Notes under the pieces: generated by a model
Seen by the model: the letters and a program-made list of their open reading frames with translations, nothing else
What the model was told of the DNA's origin: nothing
Database searches by the model: none
Assembly (NCBI GenBank): GCA_051294375.1
Contig: CM119270.1
Location: forward strand, 14,347,247 to 14,411,246
Direction: 5' to 3'
Length of the DNA: 64,000 bases
Source: Paraspadella gotoi
Lineage: Eukaryota > Animalia > Chaetognatha
Translations under genes and position numbers: made by a program
In this document: positions 23,420 to 38,214 of the stretch, piece by piece
Layout of the letters: each line of letters begins with the position of its first letter
How positions within the stretch are numbered: position 1 is the first letter of the stretch

Positions 23420-25420
23420 AGAGAGAGTTATTTTTAAAAGTCCTTTCTCGTCTGTTTACTTTCGTCGAACCATTTATAAATCGTGTTTGTTTATTAAACT
23501 TGTTTGTAAGAAGGACAAATGTCAAAATGCTTGATTATTTTTTCCGTCTTTCGTCAAACTTTTTTTCGAGTTTATTTCATATCTGTCGGTTTTTTTTTAA
23601 ACGTTTAAATTAATTTCTCTGTAACATTATTTGGTTATTATATGTCATTAGAATATTTACATGGACTTTTGGGTGTATTTTTTAACGTACTTTTTAACTA
23701 TTTTTCGATATTTATAAAATTAGTAAATAAAGATGCTGTCTTATAAAATATTTAAACCGTGTGACCCCCTAATTTAACATTTCAAATCAAAATATTTTTT
23801 TTCTATATATGGAAAAAAAATGTCGTTCTCTCTTTCTCTTCCGGCCTAAAATGTTTTGGTATCTGGAAAGGAATCACTCTGATTACAAGCTGATTGCACT
23901 TTGATCTGACCGCTCGAATATGTTTATTTAAGTCATGTTTGTTTGGACAAAATTATTTCGCTAAATTTTGAGGTTTAATCCTCCCGATGAATTTTATGAA
24001 CATTAATTGAAAATATTAATTATTAGTCATTTGAATCAGAATATAAACCCAAAAAACGAATCTTGCTGACCTTTATAGCCAAATGAAACCAAAACAGCGC
24101 GAGAAATAAAAGCAACCAAAGAAAAAGAAATAAGCAACAAAAAAAAAAAGCAACGGAGCAACAGAAGAGAGAGAAACGCGAGACACGAAGAGTAAACGAC
24201 GGGAGAGAGAGAGAAAGGAAGAGGAAGAGTCTTTGCGGCTAAAAGCTAAGGGAGAAGGAAGAGGAGGAAGAGTGGGAAAAAAAGATGCAACGGCGATTGC
24301 AAACAACCCGGGCGGCAAAACAATAACAACAACAACGGCGTCGAAGACGACGACGACGACGACGACGACGACCCGGGGAGAGAAAAAAGTTTGCGACGGG
24401 ATGCGAATTCGGCCACGTTGGCGTCGTTGGCGTCGTTGGCGTCGTTGGCGTCGTTGGCGTTGTTGGCGTGGGAAATGGCGCCGATTGATTTGGCGGGAAA
24501 TTATTGTAACGAGATTTTTCTTCGGAACGAGAGCGGGATTAATTCAGAGGCTTAAATGTGAGCGAACTATTGTACGAGGTGCGCTTTGATTTTGAAGAAT
24601 ATGGCGGACTATGGTATGCATGGTATGCAACAAGGTTCGCTTTAAATGGCAAAGAAACGAAACTATTAATCGAACAATCAAAGTAAATTTTATTTCAATA
24701 AAGTATCATTCTTTGGTTACTGACATTGCCCGATTACAGAAGATGATCTGCCGATAATTTTTTTCAAGTTTCTTGTTCTTATCTTATTTTTAGGTTTAGG
24801 AAAATACTAAGTTTTAATAGCTTGTTAGCGAGATGAAAATGCTCAGACATACCACGTCTACGGACTCTTGCAAAATAATTTGAAAAATAAACCGTTTGTC
24901 TAGAAGGTTCCATAGTTTTTTCCCAAAAGAAAAGACAAGAGATCCTCTCTGACTCTCTCTCTCTCTCTGTCTCTTGTCTCTTCTTCCTCTGCTCTCTCTC
25001 TCTCTCTCTCTCTCTTCCTCTCTCTCTCCTCTCTCTCTCTCTTCTCTCTTCTCTCTCTCTCTCTCTCCTCACCAAAACCTACCTGTAAAATAACCATGCC
25101 AAACGAAGGCTAATCACTGGGTAAGTGATGTGGATGATGATGACGATGATGGAGCTGCCTATGAGTTTGGATGAGTCATTAGTTTTAATTTTAGGCAGAG
25201 TTTAAAAAAGTAGATGGATAGGGAGAGGATGGCGAGAAATTTGGATGATGGTGGGGGAGTTCGTTGGGTAGGGACGGTGAAGTCTCGGGCGAGTGGAAAA
25301 AGGGTCTAGTTGGATCGATGGAGTCAATTTTCAGTTTGGGTAAGTTGGTCAGAGAGAGAAACGTTGATTCTGTCGTGACCAAAAGAAAACCAGTTAATTA
25401 AGGGAAAACGAAGAAATTCT

Positions 25421-25466
<46 letters not shown>

Positions 25467-25472
25467 GAGAGA

Positions 25473-25503
<31 letters not shown>

Positions 25504-27583
25504 TAAGACTGAACTTGCACATCTAACTGAATTGTTAATCTGAACTTTTATTAATTATTTCTGAATCCTTTCCTTCCCACTTAAATCGAACTGCTATCAG
25601 CTCAATGTGTCCATAAATTTGGTTACGTAAGATCACAGACGTAATCAATTTTAAAACGTGTTTTTTATTTTTAATTTACAGCCTGGTTTGGGCAAAAGTG
25701 TAAAAATTCCAAACCAAAAGTCTTTTTTAAATAATGAAACCAAAAATCAAATAAAATCATAAAATTATCGTAAAATACTTTTCCACGCTAATTAAGGAAA
25801 AGACTTTGCCTCGTTAAAAATCTTCTTCGGCAAATTAATATAGAGATTCCTAAAACTTAAAATAAACGAGAGAGAGAACTTCTCGCCACACCGAATGGTA
25901 AAAACCCAAACCGGTATTAACTTCTCAATTATCTACGAGATTCCGACGAAAAAGATCGTCAATCCTGGAAACGAAAAAGAATCTCGATCCTGTTTCGTCC
26001 CCCCAAAAAATGTCGTCGACATCCCCTGATATATGGAACGGGACGATTTCGGGAATTACGAGATTCACCGCTTTTTTTCTTTCTCTCTTTCTTTTCTCTA
26101 TTTTCGAACTCGACTTAATGACTTGGAGCGTAAATAACATCAAAACCAGCTCCAAGTTAATTTTTTTTTTCGTTCAGTCTTACGTCAATCTTTCTCAGTC
26201 TCTCTTCCCGTTTCTTACTTCTAAATTTTAATGATTAGTTATTTTTAAAACTACGGCGTTCTTTTGTTTTTTTTTTTCCTTCTTTCGTTCGATATTTTAA
26301 CTTTGTTTTTGTTTTTGACTTTGGACGAAAAGGAGAAGAAATATTGTTTACGTAAACAAACGAAGCTTATGACGGAGAGAAGAGAAGACGAAGGAGAGAG
26401 GCGAGGGGGAGAGAGAGTCAATAGCTTTTTTCTTCTTAAAAAAAAAAGTAAAAGTTGAAAACAAAAGATGAAACGAAAAGAGGGAAGAATTTTTTTTTCT
26501 TTTAGGTTTTATTTTTTCGAAATATTTTTCGAATTCATTTTCTCATCACGTTGCCACGAGAACTTTCACGAATCTCGTGACGCCATCACCGTCCAGCGTC
26601 GCCGTCACCGTTTCGACTTCGCCGTGTCCGATTTCGCCGCGGCCGATTTCGTTCGTCGTTCGTTCGCCGTCGCCTATTCGCCGTCACTGCATCAAAGTAG
26701 CAGCGACGTCTTCCGCATTGTTTTGCCGCGCGTCTTCGGCGGAATTGACGACGATGTGTCTGGATTGTTTTTTTTGTTGTTGTTGTTTTGGGTGGGCGTG
26801 GCCCTATCAGTTTTGGTTTTGTTTTTATATTTTGTTTTTGTCGAGTTTTCTTTTCGTAGCTTTTTTTTTGTTTTGTTTATTGAGGAAGTAAATTCGGAAA
26901 TTCGGTTTTTATTTCTTCGCGGGTTTAAGTTTTTTTTTTAATGAATGTTGTTTATTTATAAATTGTGCTTTTTTAAATTAAAAAAGGCTCGTCTGATGAA
27001 GAGAGAGTAAAAGAGGGAGAGATATAAACAGCGACCCAAAAAAAAATTTGAAAAAATGAACTGATGTCTTGAATTTTTTTCGGTTCGACTGAGAGCGAGA
27101 GAGATTCACCTTACTTTTTGTGTGGATTTGACGAGAAGAGAGAGGGAGAGAGAGGTGGAGAGATAAAAAAAAAGAGAGAGAGAGAGAGAGACAGATAGGG
27201 AAAAAGTTAAATACGAGAGTAAAAGGATAATCGGGACACGGAGAGAGCGAGAGGGAACGAGAGAGAGAGAGAGAGAGGGATTCCGGAGGAAGAGGAAGAG
27301 GAGGAAGAGGAGGAGGAGGAAGATGAGCCCCGATCCTTAAAGGAAGGGACCCGGAGAGATGCTAAACAAATGCAGATCGAGATCCAACTATTCGAAGCGG
27401 ATTCGTCGCAACGACGACGACGACGACGACGGCTACCACGACGACGACGAAGAGGAAAGAGCGCGACAACAACGACGATGACGACGACGACGACGACGAT
27501 GCGTCGGCGGCTGGCGACACTTCTTCCCAAACTCGGCGGGCGCGCTCGCGTGTACTGGCCGCGTCTCGCGCCTCGCGCCTCGC

Positions 27584-27694
<111 letters not shown>

Positions 27695-27821
27695 CAGGGC
27701 TTCCTCGTTTTCTTTTCATTTATCCCTCCTTTTTCCTCCTTTTTTCCTTCTCCATTCCTTTTCCTTTTTTTTCGTCGGGATGGCTTCTCGAGTTGATTGC
27801 GTTGTCGTCGTCGTCTTCGTC

Positions 27822-27860
<39 letters not shown>

Positions 27861-28358
27861 TCTCCATTACTCGACTTTGTCATTGTCTCAATCCCTTTAA
27901 ATCGACGTTCATGTGACCCGAAGAATTACTGGCTGAAATGCGATGCAATATGCCTCGCGCAATACTGTTTATTAATATTATATTATATAATAATTATAAT
28001 AAAAATAATAATCTCGACGAGAAATTGTCTTATTTGCTTTTAGTTTAGTAAGGTTTACTTTTTTGTTCTTGTTCATATTGTTTACTTTAGCCTTTTTTTT
28101 CTTAGTCTACGTTGTGTCATTGACTCGCGTTTTATTTCTTATCTTTGGATCCGAGTCAATTCCGTTTCTGAATTCCATCCCTGATTCCATCTCAGATTCC
28201 ATTTCTGTCATCGATATGGATCTGGCTTTTAACTGCGGCCAACGACGGTCGTCATTCGGATCATTGGTCGGTCCGTCGGTCGATCGGCCAATCGCTTTGG
28301 AGTCTTTTGTACGTTTGTCACATTCCGTTCTTTTAATTTTTATATCAAAGTCGCTTAA

Positions 28359-28620
28359 TGAGAACTGAGAATTTAAAATGGTATGCGAAGTGAACAAACG
28401 AACAAATAAGCGATTCATATTGACAAACGACTGAACAAAGATGCAAAACAACCATTGCAATCTAGGAGAGACAATTTATTTAAGTTAAGTTAAATGCGAC
28501 TTTAATTGTCTCTACTAGGTTGCAATGGTTGTTTTGCATCTTTGTTCAGTCGTTTGTCAATATGAATCGCTTATTTGTTCGTTTGTTCACTTCGCATACC
28601 ACTTTAAATTCTCAGTCTCA
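28359..28620. mobile_element. Same MITE-like hairpin in copy 2 of the duplicated unit
   Basis: Same arms, spacer and flanks as 18083-18345. Confidence 0.55.
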
Positions 28621-28765
28621 TCCCTTCGGTCTCAGAGACCATCGCTCTAATTCTCTCTCTCCCTCTCTCTTTTCTCCTTTAGGAAAAGCGAGAGGCTCAA
28701 ACTGCGACACAAAAGCTCAAACGGCAGCGATTCCACTTCAAATCGTCAATCGGGAATTGAGACTG

Positions 28766-28817
<52 letters not shown>

Positions 28818-29316
28818 CTCCTCCTCCCCCTCTCTCTCCTCCTCTCTCATCCTCTCTCTCTCTCTCTCCTCCCCCTTCTCTCTCTCTCTCTCTCTCTCTC
28901 ACCCCCTTCACTCTCGTTTTTGTCCAACGAGAAGAAATCTCGAATATGCAAATGAGTTTGCGGGTCCGCGGACTCAAAGTAGCCGGAAACAATTGCGATG
29001 TTGCGCGGGATCGGACGGCGATCGTGGGTGGTAGGGGCGGTTCAGAAGACTGCGGCAGAGGAGATGGTGAAGTGGTCACTTTCAGGAAGATAGGGATTCG
29101 GCGTTGGAGGATCGCGGTAGTGGCAATAGTGGGTGATCGTACTGTTGAAGTTTTACGGACAGGACGGCGGGATTTTTGGAGCCGATGTGACGAACCAATG
29201 AGCTCACGATTTTTTGGGGGACGGGCCAGACCGTTTTGTCCCTGGCTTAAGACGATCTTTCGAAGGAAGGCTTTTTTCTTTTTTGGATTTTTGTTTTAGT
29301 TTTTCTTTTGTACTTT

Positions 29317-29412
<96 letters not shown>

Positions 29413-29856
29413 TTTTTTCTCATTGTGATTGTTAAATAATTTCGTATTTTCTCCCTTTTTTCAAAACACCGTCTAAAAAAAATATCCAAAGCGAAACNNN
29501 NNNNNNNNNNNNNNNNNNNNNNNNNNNNNNNNNNNNNNNNNNNNNNNNNNNNNNNNNNNNNNNNNNNNNNNNNNNNNNNNNNNNNNNNNNNNNNNNNNNN
29601 NNNNNNNNNNNNNNNNNNNNNNNNNNNNNNNNNNNNNNNNNNNNNNNNNNNNNNNNNNNNNNNNNNNNNNNNNNGTCGTCGTCGTCGTCGACTTTGTCTG
29701 CGTTGAAACAGACTTTTTGTCTTCATCGAGAGAGAAAAAATTTCATGGTCACTTCTTCCCTTTTTTAAGCATATACATAATGAGAAGTGTTAGGAGGGAG
29801 GGATGGAGGGACGAAAGGAGCGGCCGCGAGGNNNNNNNNNNNNNNNNNNNNNNNNN

Positions 29857-31089
29857 TTTCTATATATGGAAAAAAAATGTCTTTCTCTCTTTCTCCTTCC
29901 GGCCTAAAAATGTTTGGTATCTGGCGAAAGGAATCACTTGATTACAAGCTGATTGCACTTTATCTGACCGCTCGAAATGTTTATTTAAGTCATGTTTGTT
30001 TGGACAAACAAATATATTTCGCTAAATTTTGAGGTTTAATCCTCCCGATGAATTTTATGAACATTAATTGAAAATATTAATTATTACGTCATTTGAATCA
30101 GAATAAAACCCAAAAAACGAATCTTGCTGACCTTTATAGCCCAAATGAAACCAAAAACAGCGCGAGAAATAAAAAGCAACCAAAGAAAAAAGAAATAAGC
30201 AACAAAAAAAAAAGAGCAACCGGAGCAACAGAAGAGAGAGAAACTCGAGACACGAAGAGTAAACGACGGGAGAGAGGAGAAAGGGAAAAGAGTGAAGGAG
30301 GTCTTTGCGGCTAAAAAGCTTAAGGGAGAAAGGAAGAGGAGGAAGGTGGGAAAAAAAGATGCAACCGGCGATGCAAACAACCCGGGCGGGCAAAACAATA
30401 AACAACAACAACGCGTCGAAAGACGACGACGACGACGACGACGACGACCGGAGGAGAAAAAAAGTTTGCGACGGGATGCGAATTAACGGCCACGTTGGCG
30501 TCGTTGGCGTCGTTGGCGTCGTTGGCGTCGTTGGCGTTTTGGCGTGGGAAATGGCGCCGATTGATTTGGCGGAAATTATCTGTAACGAGATTTTTTTCTT
30601 CGGAACGAGAGCGGATAATTCAAGGCTTAAATGTGAGCAAGAACTATTGTACAGGTGCGCCTTTTGATTTTAAGAATATGGCGGACTATGGTATGCATTG
30701 GTATGCAACAAGGTATCGCTTTAAATGGCAAAGAAACGAAACTATTAATCGAACAATCAAAGTAAATTTTTATTTCAATAAAAGTATCATCTTTGGGTTA
30801 CTGACATGCCCGATTACAGAAGATTGATCTGCCGATAATTTTTTCAAGTTTCTTCTTCTTATCTTATTTTATAGGTTTAGGAAAATACTAAGTTTTAATA
30901 GCTTAGTTAGCGAGATGAAAAATGCTCAGACATACCACGTCTCACCGGACTCTTGCAAAATAATTGAAAAATAAACCGTTTGTCTAGAAGGTTCCATAGT
31001 TTTTCCCAAAGAAAAGACAAGAATCCTCTCTGACTCTCTCTCTCTCTCTTGTCTCTGTCTCTGTCCTCTCTCTCTCTCTCTCTCTCTCC

Positions 31090-31124
<35 letters not shown>

Positions 31125-33249
31125 ATCTCTTCTCTCTCTCTCTCACCAAAAACCTACTCTGTAAAATAACCATGCCAAACGAAGGCTAATGCTAACACTG
31201 GGTAAGTGATGTGGATGATGATGACGATGAGGAGGCTGCCTATGAGTTTGATGAGCATTAGTTTTAATTTAGGCAGAGTTTAAAAAAGTAGATGGATAGG
31301 GAGAGGATGGACGAGAAATTTGGATGATGGTGGGGGAGTTCGTTGGGTAGGGACGGTGAAGGTCTTCGGGCGAGTGGAAAAAGGGTCTAGTTGCGATCGA
31401 TGGAGGTTCAATTTTCAGTTTGGTAAGTTGGTCAACGAAGAGAGAAAGTTTGATTCTTGTCGTGACCAAAAGAAAACCAGTTAAATTAAGGGAAAACGAA
31501 GAAATTCGGAGAAAGGAAGGAAAAAGAAAGACAGGGAGAGGAGGAAGAGAGAGAAGGAGAGACGAGAGAGAGAGAGAGAGTAAGACTGAACTTGCCACAT
31601 CTAACTGAATTTTAATCTGACACTTTCATTAATTAATTTCTGAATCTTTCCTTCCCACTTAATCGAACGCTATCAGCTCAATGTTTCCATAAATTTGCGT
31701 TACGTAAGATCACAGACGCGTAATCAATTTAAAACGTTTTTTTATTTTTAATTTACAGCCCTGGTTTGGGCAAAAGTGTAAAAATTCCAAACCAAAAGTC
31801 TTTTTTTAAATATGAAACCAAAAATCAATAAAACATAAAATTATCGTAAAATACTTTCCACGCTAATTAAGGAAAGACTTTGCCTCGTTTAAAAATCTTT
31901 CTTCGGCAAATTAATATAGAGATTCCTAAAACTTAAAATAAACAGAGAGAGAGAACTTCTCGCCACACGAATGGTAAAAACCCAAAACCGGTATTAACGG
32001 TCTCAATTTATCTACGTAGATTCCGACGAAAAAGATCGTCCAATCCTGGAAACGAAAAAAAGAATCTCGAGTCCTGTTTGCGTCCCCCCAAAAAAGTCGT
32101 CGACATCCCCCTGATATATGGAACGGCGACGATTTCGGGAATTACGAGCATTCACCGCTTTTTTTCTTTCTCTCTTCTTTTCTCTATTTTCGAACTCGAC
32201 TTAATTGACTTGAGCGTAAATAACAATCAAACCAGCTCAAGTAATTGTTTTTTTTCGTTCAGTCTTACGTCAATCTTTCTCAGTCTCTCTTCCCGTTTCT
32301 TACTTCTAAATTTAATGATTAGTTATTTTTTAAAACTACGCGCTTTTGTTTTTTTTTTCCTTCTTTCGTTCGATATTTTAACTTTGTTTTTGTTTTGACT
32401 TTGACGAAAAGGAGAAGAAATTATTGTTTACGTAAAACAAACGAAGCTTATGCACGGAGAGAAGAGAAGACGAAGGAGAGAGGCGAGGGGAGAAGAGAGC
32501 ATCAATAGCTTTTTTCTTCTTAAAAAAAAAGTAAAATTGAAAACAAAAGATGAAAAACGAAAAGAGGGCAAGAATTTTTTTTTCTTTTAGGTTTTATTTT
32601 TTCGAATATTTTTCGAATTCATTTTCTCATCACGTTGCCACGAGAACTTTCACGAATCTCGTGACGCCATCACCGTCCAGCGTCGCGTCACCGTTTCGAC
32701 TTCGCCGTGTCCGATTTTCGCCGCGGCCCGATTTCTTCGTCGTTCGTTCGCCGTCGCCTATTCGCCGTCACTGCATCAAAGTAGCAGGCGACGCTTCCGC
32801 ATTGTTTTGCCGCGCTCTTCGGCGGAATTGACGACGATGTGTCTGGATTGTTTTTTTGTTGTTGTTGTTTGGGTGGGCGTGGCCCTATCAGTTTTGGTTT
32901 TGTTTATTATATTTTGTTTTTGTCGAGTTTTTCTTTTCGTAGCTTTTTTTTTGTTTTGTTATTGAGGAAGTAAATTCGGAAATTCGGTTTTTATTTCTTC
33001 GCGGGTTAAGTTTTTTTTTAATGGAATGTTTTTATTTATAAATTGTGCGCTTTTTTAAATTAAAAAAGGCTCGTCTGATGAAGAAGAGGAGTAAAAGAGG
33101 AGAATATAAACAGCGACCCAAAAAAAATTTGAAAAAAATGAACTGATGTCTTGAATTTTTCGGTTTCGACTGAGAGCGAGAGAGATTCACCTTACTTTTT
33201 GTGTTGGATTTGACGAGAAGAGAGGAGGGAGAGAGAGGTGGCAGAGATA

Positions 33250-33280
<31 letters not shown>

Positions 33281-33725
33281 ACAGATCGAAGCGGAAAAAG
33301 TGTTTAAATACCCAAGTTATTTAGAATTAAAAGTATAAAAAAGGATAATTCGGGACACGAGGGAGAGAGCGAGAGGGGAAACTGAGAGAGAGAGAGAGAG
33401 AGAGGATCCGGGAGGAGAGAGGAGAAGAAGAGACGAAGGTAAAAAAGGAGGAAAGGAGGAGGAAGATGAGCCCCGAATCCTTTAAAAGGAAGGACCCGAG
33501 AGATGCTAAACAAATGCAGATCGAGATCCAACTATTCGAAGCGGATTCGTCGCAACGACGACGGACGGACGACGACGGCTACCACGACGACGACGAAGAG
33601 GAAAGAGCGCGACAACAACGACGATGACGACGACGACGACGACGATGCGTCGGCGGCTGGCGAACTTCTTCCAAACTCGGCGCGCGCTCGCGTGTACTGG
33701 CCGCGTCTCGCGCCTCGCGCCTCGC

Positions 33726-33816
<91 letters not shown>

Positions 33817-33958
33817 AACAGGGCTCCTCGTTTTCTTTTCATTTATCCCTTCCTTTTTCCTCCTTTTTCCTTCTCCATTCCTTTTCCTTTTTTTTATCGT
33901 CGGGGATGGCTTCTCGAGTTTGATTGCGTTTCGTCGTCGTCCTTCGTTCCTCGTGCGT

Positions 33959-33990
<32 letters not shown>

Positions 33991-35763
33991 TCTCCTTCTC
34001 GACTTTGTCATTGTCTCAATCCCTTTTTAAATTTTTCCGAACGTTCATGTGAACCCGAAGAATTACTGGACTGGAAATGCGATGCAATATGCCTCGCGCA
34101 ATACTGTTTATTAATATTATATTATATAATAATTATAATTAAAAATAATAATCTCGACGAGAAATTGTCTTATTTGCTTTTAGTTTAGTAAGGTTTACTT
34201 TTTGTTCTTGTTCATATTGTTTACTTTAGCCTTTTTTTTCTTAGTCTACGTTGTGTCATTGACTCGCGTTTTATTTCTTATCTTTGGATCCGAGTCAATT
34301 CCGTTCTGAATTCCATCCCTTGATTCCATCTCAGATTCCATTTCTGTCATCGATATGGATCTGGCTGTTATAACTGCGGCCAACGACGGTCGTCATTCGG
34401 ATTCATTGGTCGGTCCGTCGGTCGAGCGGCCAATCGCTTTAGTCTTTGAGTTCACTTCCGTTACTTTTAATTTTATATCAAAGTCCCTTAATGAGAACTG
34501 AGAATTTTTTTAAAATGTCATGCGAAGTGAACAAACGAACAAATAAGCGATTCATATGACAAAAACGACTGAACAAAGATGCAAACAACATTGCAGATCT
34601 AGGAGAGACAATTTATTTAAGTTAAGTAAATGCGACTTTATTGGTCTCTACTAGTTGCAATGGGTTGTATTTGCATCTTTGTTCAGTCGTTTGTCAATAT
34701 GAATCGCTTATTTGTTCGTTTGTTCACTTCGCATACCACGTTAAATCTCAGTCTCAATCCCTTCGGTCTCAGGACCATCGCTCTAATTCTCTCTCCCCTC
34801 CTCTCTTTATCTCCTTTAGAAGGAAAAGCGAGAGGCCTCAAACTGCGACACCAAAAGCTCCTACGCCCAAAGCGCAGCACACCAGCGGATTTCCACATTC
34901 CAATCGTCAATCGGGAATTGAACTGTCTTCTCTCTCTCTCTTCCTCTCTCTCTCTCTCTCTCTCCTCTCCTCTCTCTCTCTCTCTCTCCCTCTCTCTCTC
35001 TCCTCCTCTCTCTCTCTTCTCTCTCTCTCTCACCCCCCTCACTCTCGTTTTTGTCCAACGAGAAAAGAAATCTCGAATATGCAAATGAAGTTTGCGGTAC
35101 GTCCCGCGGACTCAAAGTAGCCGGAAACAATTGCCAGTTGCCGCGGGATCGGGACGGCGATCGTGGTGGTAGGGCGGTTCAGAAGACTGCGGCAGAGGAG
35201 ATGGTGAAGTGGTCACTGTTCAGGAAGATAGGGATTCGGCGTTGAGGATCGCAGTAGTGGCAATAGTGGGTGATCGTAACTGTTGAAGTTTTACGGACAG
35301 GAGCGGCGGATTTTTGGAGCCGATTGACGAAACCAATGAGCTCACGATTTTTTGGGGACGGCCAGACCGTTTTGTCCCTGGCTTAGACGATTCTTCGAAG
35401 GAAGGCCTTTTTCTTTTTTGGATTTTGTTTTAGTTTTTCTTTTGTACTTTTCTTCTTCCTTTTCTTCTTTCTTTCTTTCTTTCTTTCTTTCTTTTCTTCT
35501 TTTCTTTCTTTTCTTCTCTTTCGGTTCTTTCTTTCTTTCTTTCTTTCTTTTCTTTTTTTTCTCAATTGTGATGGGTTAAATAATTTCGTATTTTCTCCCT
35601 TTTTTCAAAACACCGTCTAAAAAAAAATATCCAAAGCGAAAACAAAAAAAAAGTTAAAAAATGGATTCCTTTCATTTTCTTTCTACGATCTCGACCGCCG
35701 CATTCCATTTCGGAATCCGGCTGAAGAATCGCCGGCAATGAGCGGGACGCATGGCTAATGCAG

Positions 35764-35812
<49 letters not shown>

Positions 35813-35902
35813 CTCTCTCTCATCTCTCTCTCTCTCTTCTTTCTCCTTCTCTCTCTCTCTCTCCCGCGGCCCCTTTTCTCAAACCCCTTGGTTTTTTTTC
35901 GT

Positions 35903-35949
<47 letters not shown>

Positions 35950-36905
35950 CTTGATGTCGTCGTCGTCGTTCGACTTTGTCTGCGTTGAACAGACTTTTGT
36001 CGTCTCATCGAGAGAGTAAAAAATTTCATGGTCACTTCTTCCCTTTTTTAAAGCATATACATAATGGAGAAGTGTTAGGAGGGAAGGGATGGCAGCGGAC
36101 GCGAAAGGAGCGGCGCGCGAGAGTGTGTGTGTGAGAGGAAAGAGAGAGAGAGAGAGCAGAGAGAGCGAGAGAGAGAGAAGAGAAGATGAGAGAGAGAAGA
36201 AGGAGAGAGAGAGAGAGAGATACTGGCGACAAGGTTGACGCCGGATTAGCGCCGTCATCACGCTTGCCGCGAAATCCGGATACGACGACGACGACGACGA
36301 CGACATCGAAGATCGAAAAAGCAGAAATTGAGACGTCGAGGTGAGAGGGAGCGGAGGTGAGTTGGAGTGGAGATCAGGTGGAGCGGAGGTGAGAGGGAGC
36401 GGAGGTGAGTTGGAGTGGAGATCAGGTGTAGCGGAAGTGAGAGGGAGCTGAGATGAGTTGGAGTGGAGATCATGTGGAGCGGAGGTGAGGTGAAGAGGAG
36501 GTGACGTAGGGTGGAGATGATGTGGAGTGGAGCGAATGTTAGGTGGGAAAAAGTGTGGCGGAATAAATTATGGAAAGGAGGTTTTCTTAAAAATTTATAC
36601 ATTAAAATACTTTTATACATTTTATCATCATTAAACATTAATTTTTTTAAAATCGCACCTTTATGAAATTTACGATATTGTAATTAAAATCACAATTAAA
36701 ATTTTCCTACGTGTTTTATTTACATTCTTCTGAAACTCATATTTATAGTTTTTTAAAATCGTTTTTTAAAATCGTATTGTAACCATCTCTCCTTATTATC
36801 AATAGTCCAACCCTCAGCCCAATCCGTAGCCCAACCCATAGCCCAACCCATCAAGAGGCTTCCGGGAGCCGAGAAAAGTCCTGATTACATTTTATCGACT
36901 CCTCT
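29857..36905 (+). repeat. Copy 3 of the unit (equivalent to about 13633-20420)
   Basis: Begins tttctatatatggaaaaa directly after a 25-N gap and ends cgactcctct before another 25-N gap; indel-rich. Confidence 0.92.
34492..34756. mobile_element. Same MITE-like hairpin in copy 3
   Basis: Same arms, spacer and flanks with extra indels. Confidence 0.55.
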
Positions 36906-36930
36906 NNNNNNNNNNNNNNNNNNNNNNNNN

Positions 36931-38139
36931 TTTCTATATATGGAAAAAAACATGTCGTTCTCTCTTTCTCTTCCGGCCCTAAAAATGTTTTGGTATCTGG
37001 GAAAGGAATCACTCTGATTACAAGCTGATTGCACTTTACTGACCGCTCAATATGTTTATTTAAGTCATGTTTGTTGGACAAAAATATATTTCGCTAAATT
37101 TGAGGTTTAATCCTCCCCGATGAATTTTATGAACATTAATTGAAAATATTAATTATTACTGTCATTTGAATCAGATAAAACCAAAAAAACGAATCTTGCT
37201 GACCTTATAGCCAAATGAAACCAAAAACAGCGCGAGAAATAAAAAGCAACCAAAGAAAAAAGGAAATAAGCAACAAAAAAAAAAGAGCAACGGAGCAACA
37301 GAAGAGAGAGAAACGTCGAGACACGAAGAGGTTAAACGACGGGAGAGAGGAGAAAGGGAAAGAGGAAGGAGTCTTTGCGGCTAAAAAAGCTAAGGGGAGA
37401 AAGGAAGAGGAGGAAGAGTGCGGAAAAAAAGATGCAACGGCGATGCAAACAAACCCGGGCGGGCAAAACAATAAACAACAACAACGGCGTCGAAGACGAC
37501 GACGACGACGACGACGACGACGCCGGACGGAGAGAAAAAAGTTTGCGACGGGATGCGAATTAAACGGCCACGTTGGCGTCGTTGGCGTCGTTGGCGTCGT
37601 TGGCGTCGTTGGCGTTTTGGCGTGGGAAATGGCGCCGATTGATTTGGCGGGAAATTATTGTAACGAGATTTTTTTTCTTCGGAACGAGAGCCGGTATAAT
37701 TCAAGGCTTAAATGTGGAGCGAACTATTGTACAGGTGCGCTTTGATTTTGAAGAATATGGCGGACTATGGTATGCATGGGTATGCAACAAGGTATCGCTT
37801 TAAATGGCAAAGAAACGAAACTATTAATCGAACACATCAAAGTAAATTTTTATTTCAATAAAAGTTATCATTCTTTGGTTACTGACAATTGCCCGATTAC
37901 AGAAGATTGATCTGCCGATAATTTTTTTCAAGTTTCTTGTTCTTATCTTATTTTATAGGTTTTAGGAAAATACTAAGTTTTTAATAGCTTGTTAGCGAGG
38001 ATGAAAAATGCTCAGACATACCACGTCTACGCGGACTCTTGCAAAATAATTTGAAAAATACAACCGTTTGTCTAGAAGGTTCCATTAGTTTTTCCCAAAA
38101 GAAAAGACAAGAATCCTCTCTGACTCTCTCTCTCTCTCT

Positions 38140-38171
<32 letters not shown>

Positions 38172-38178
38172 TCTCTCC

Positions 38179-38214
<36 letters not shown>
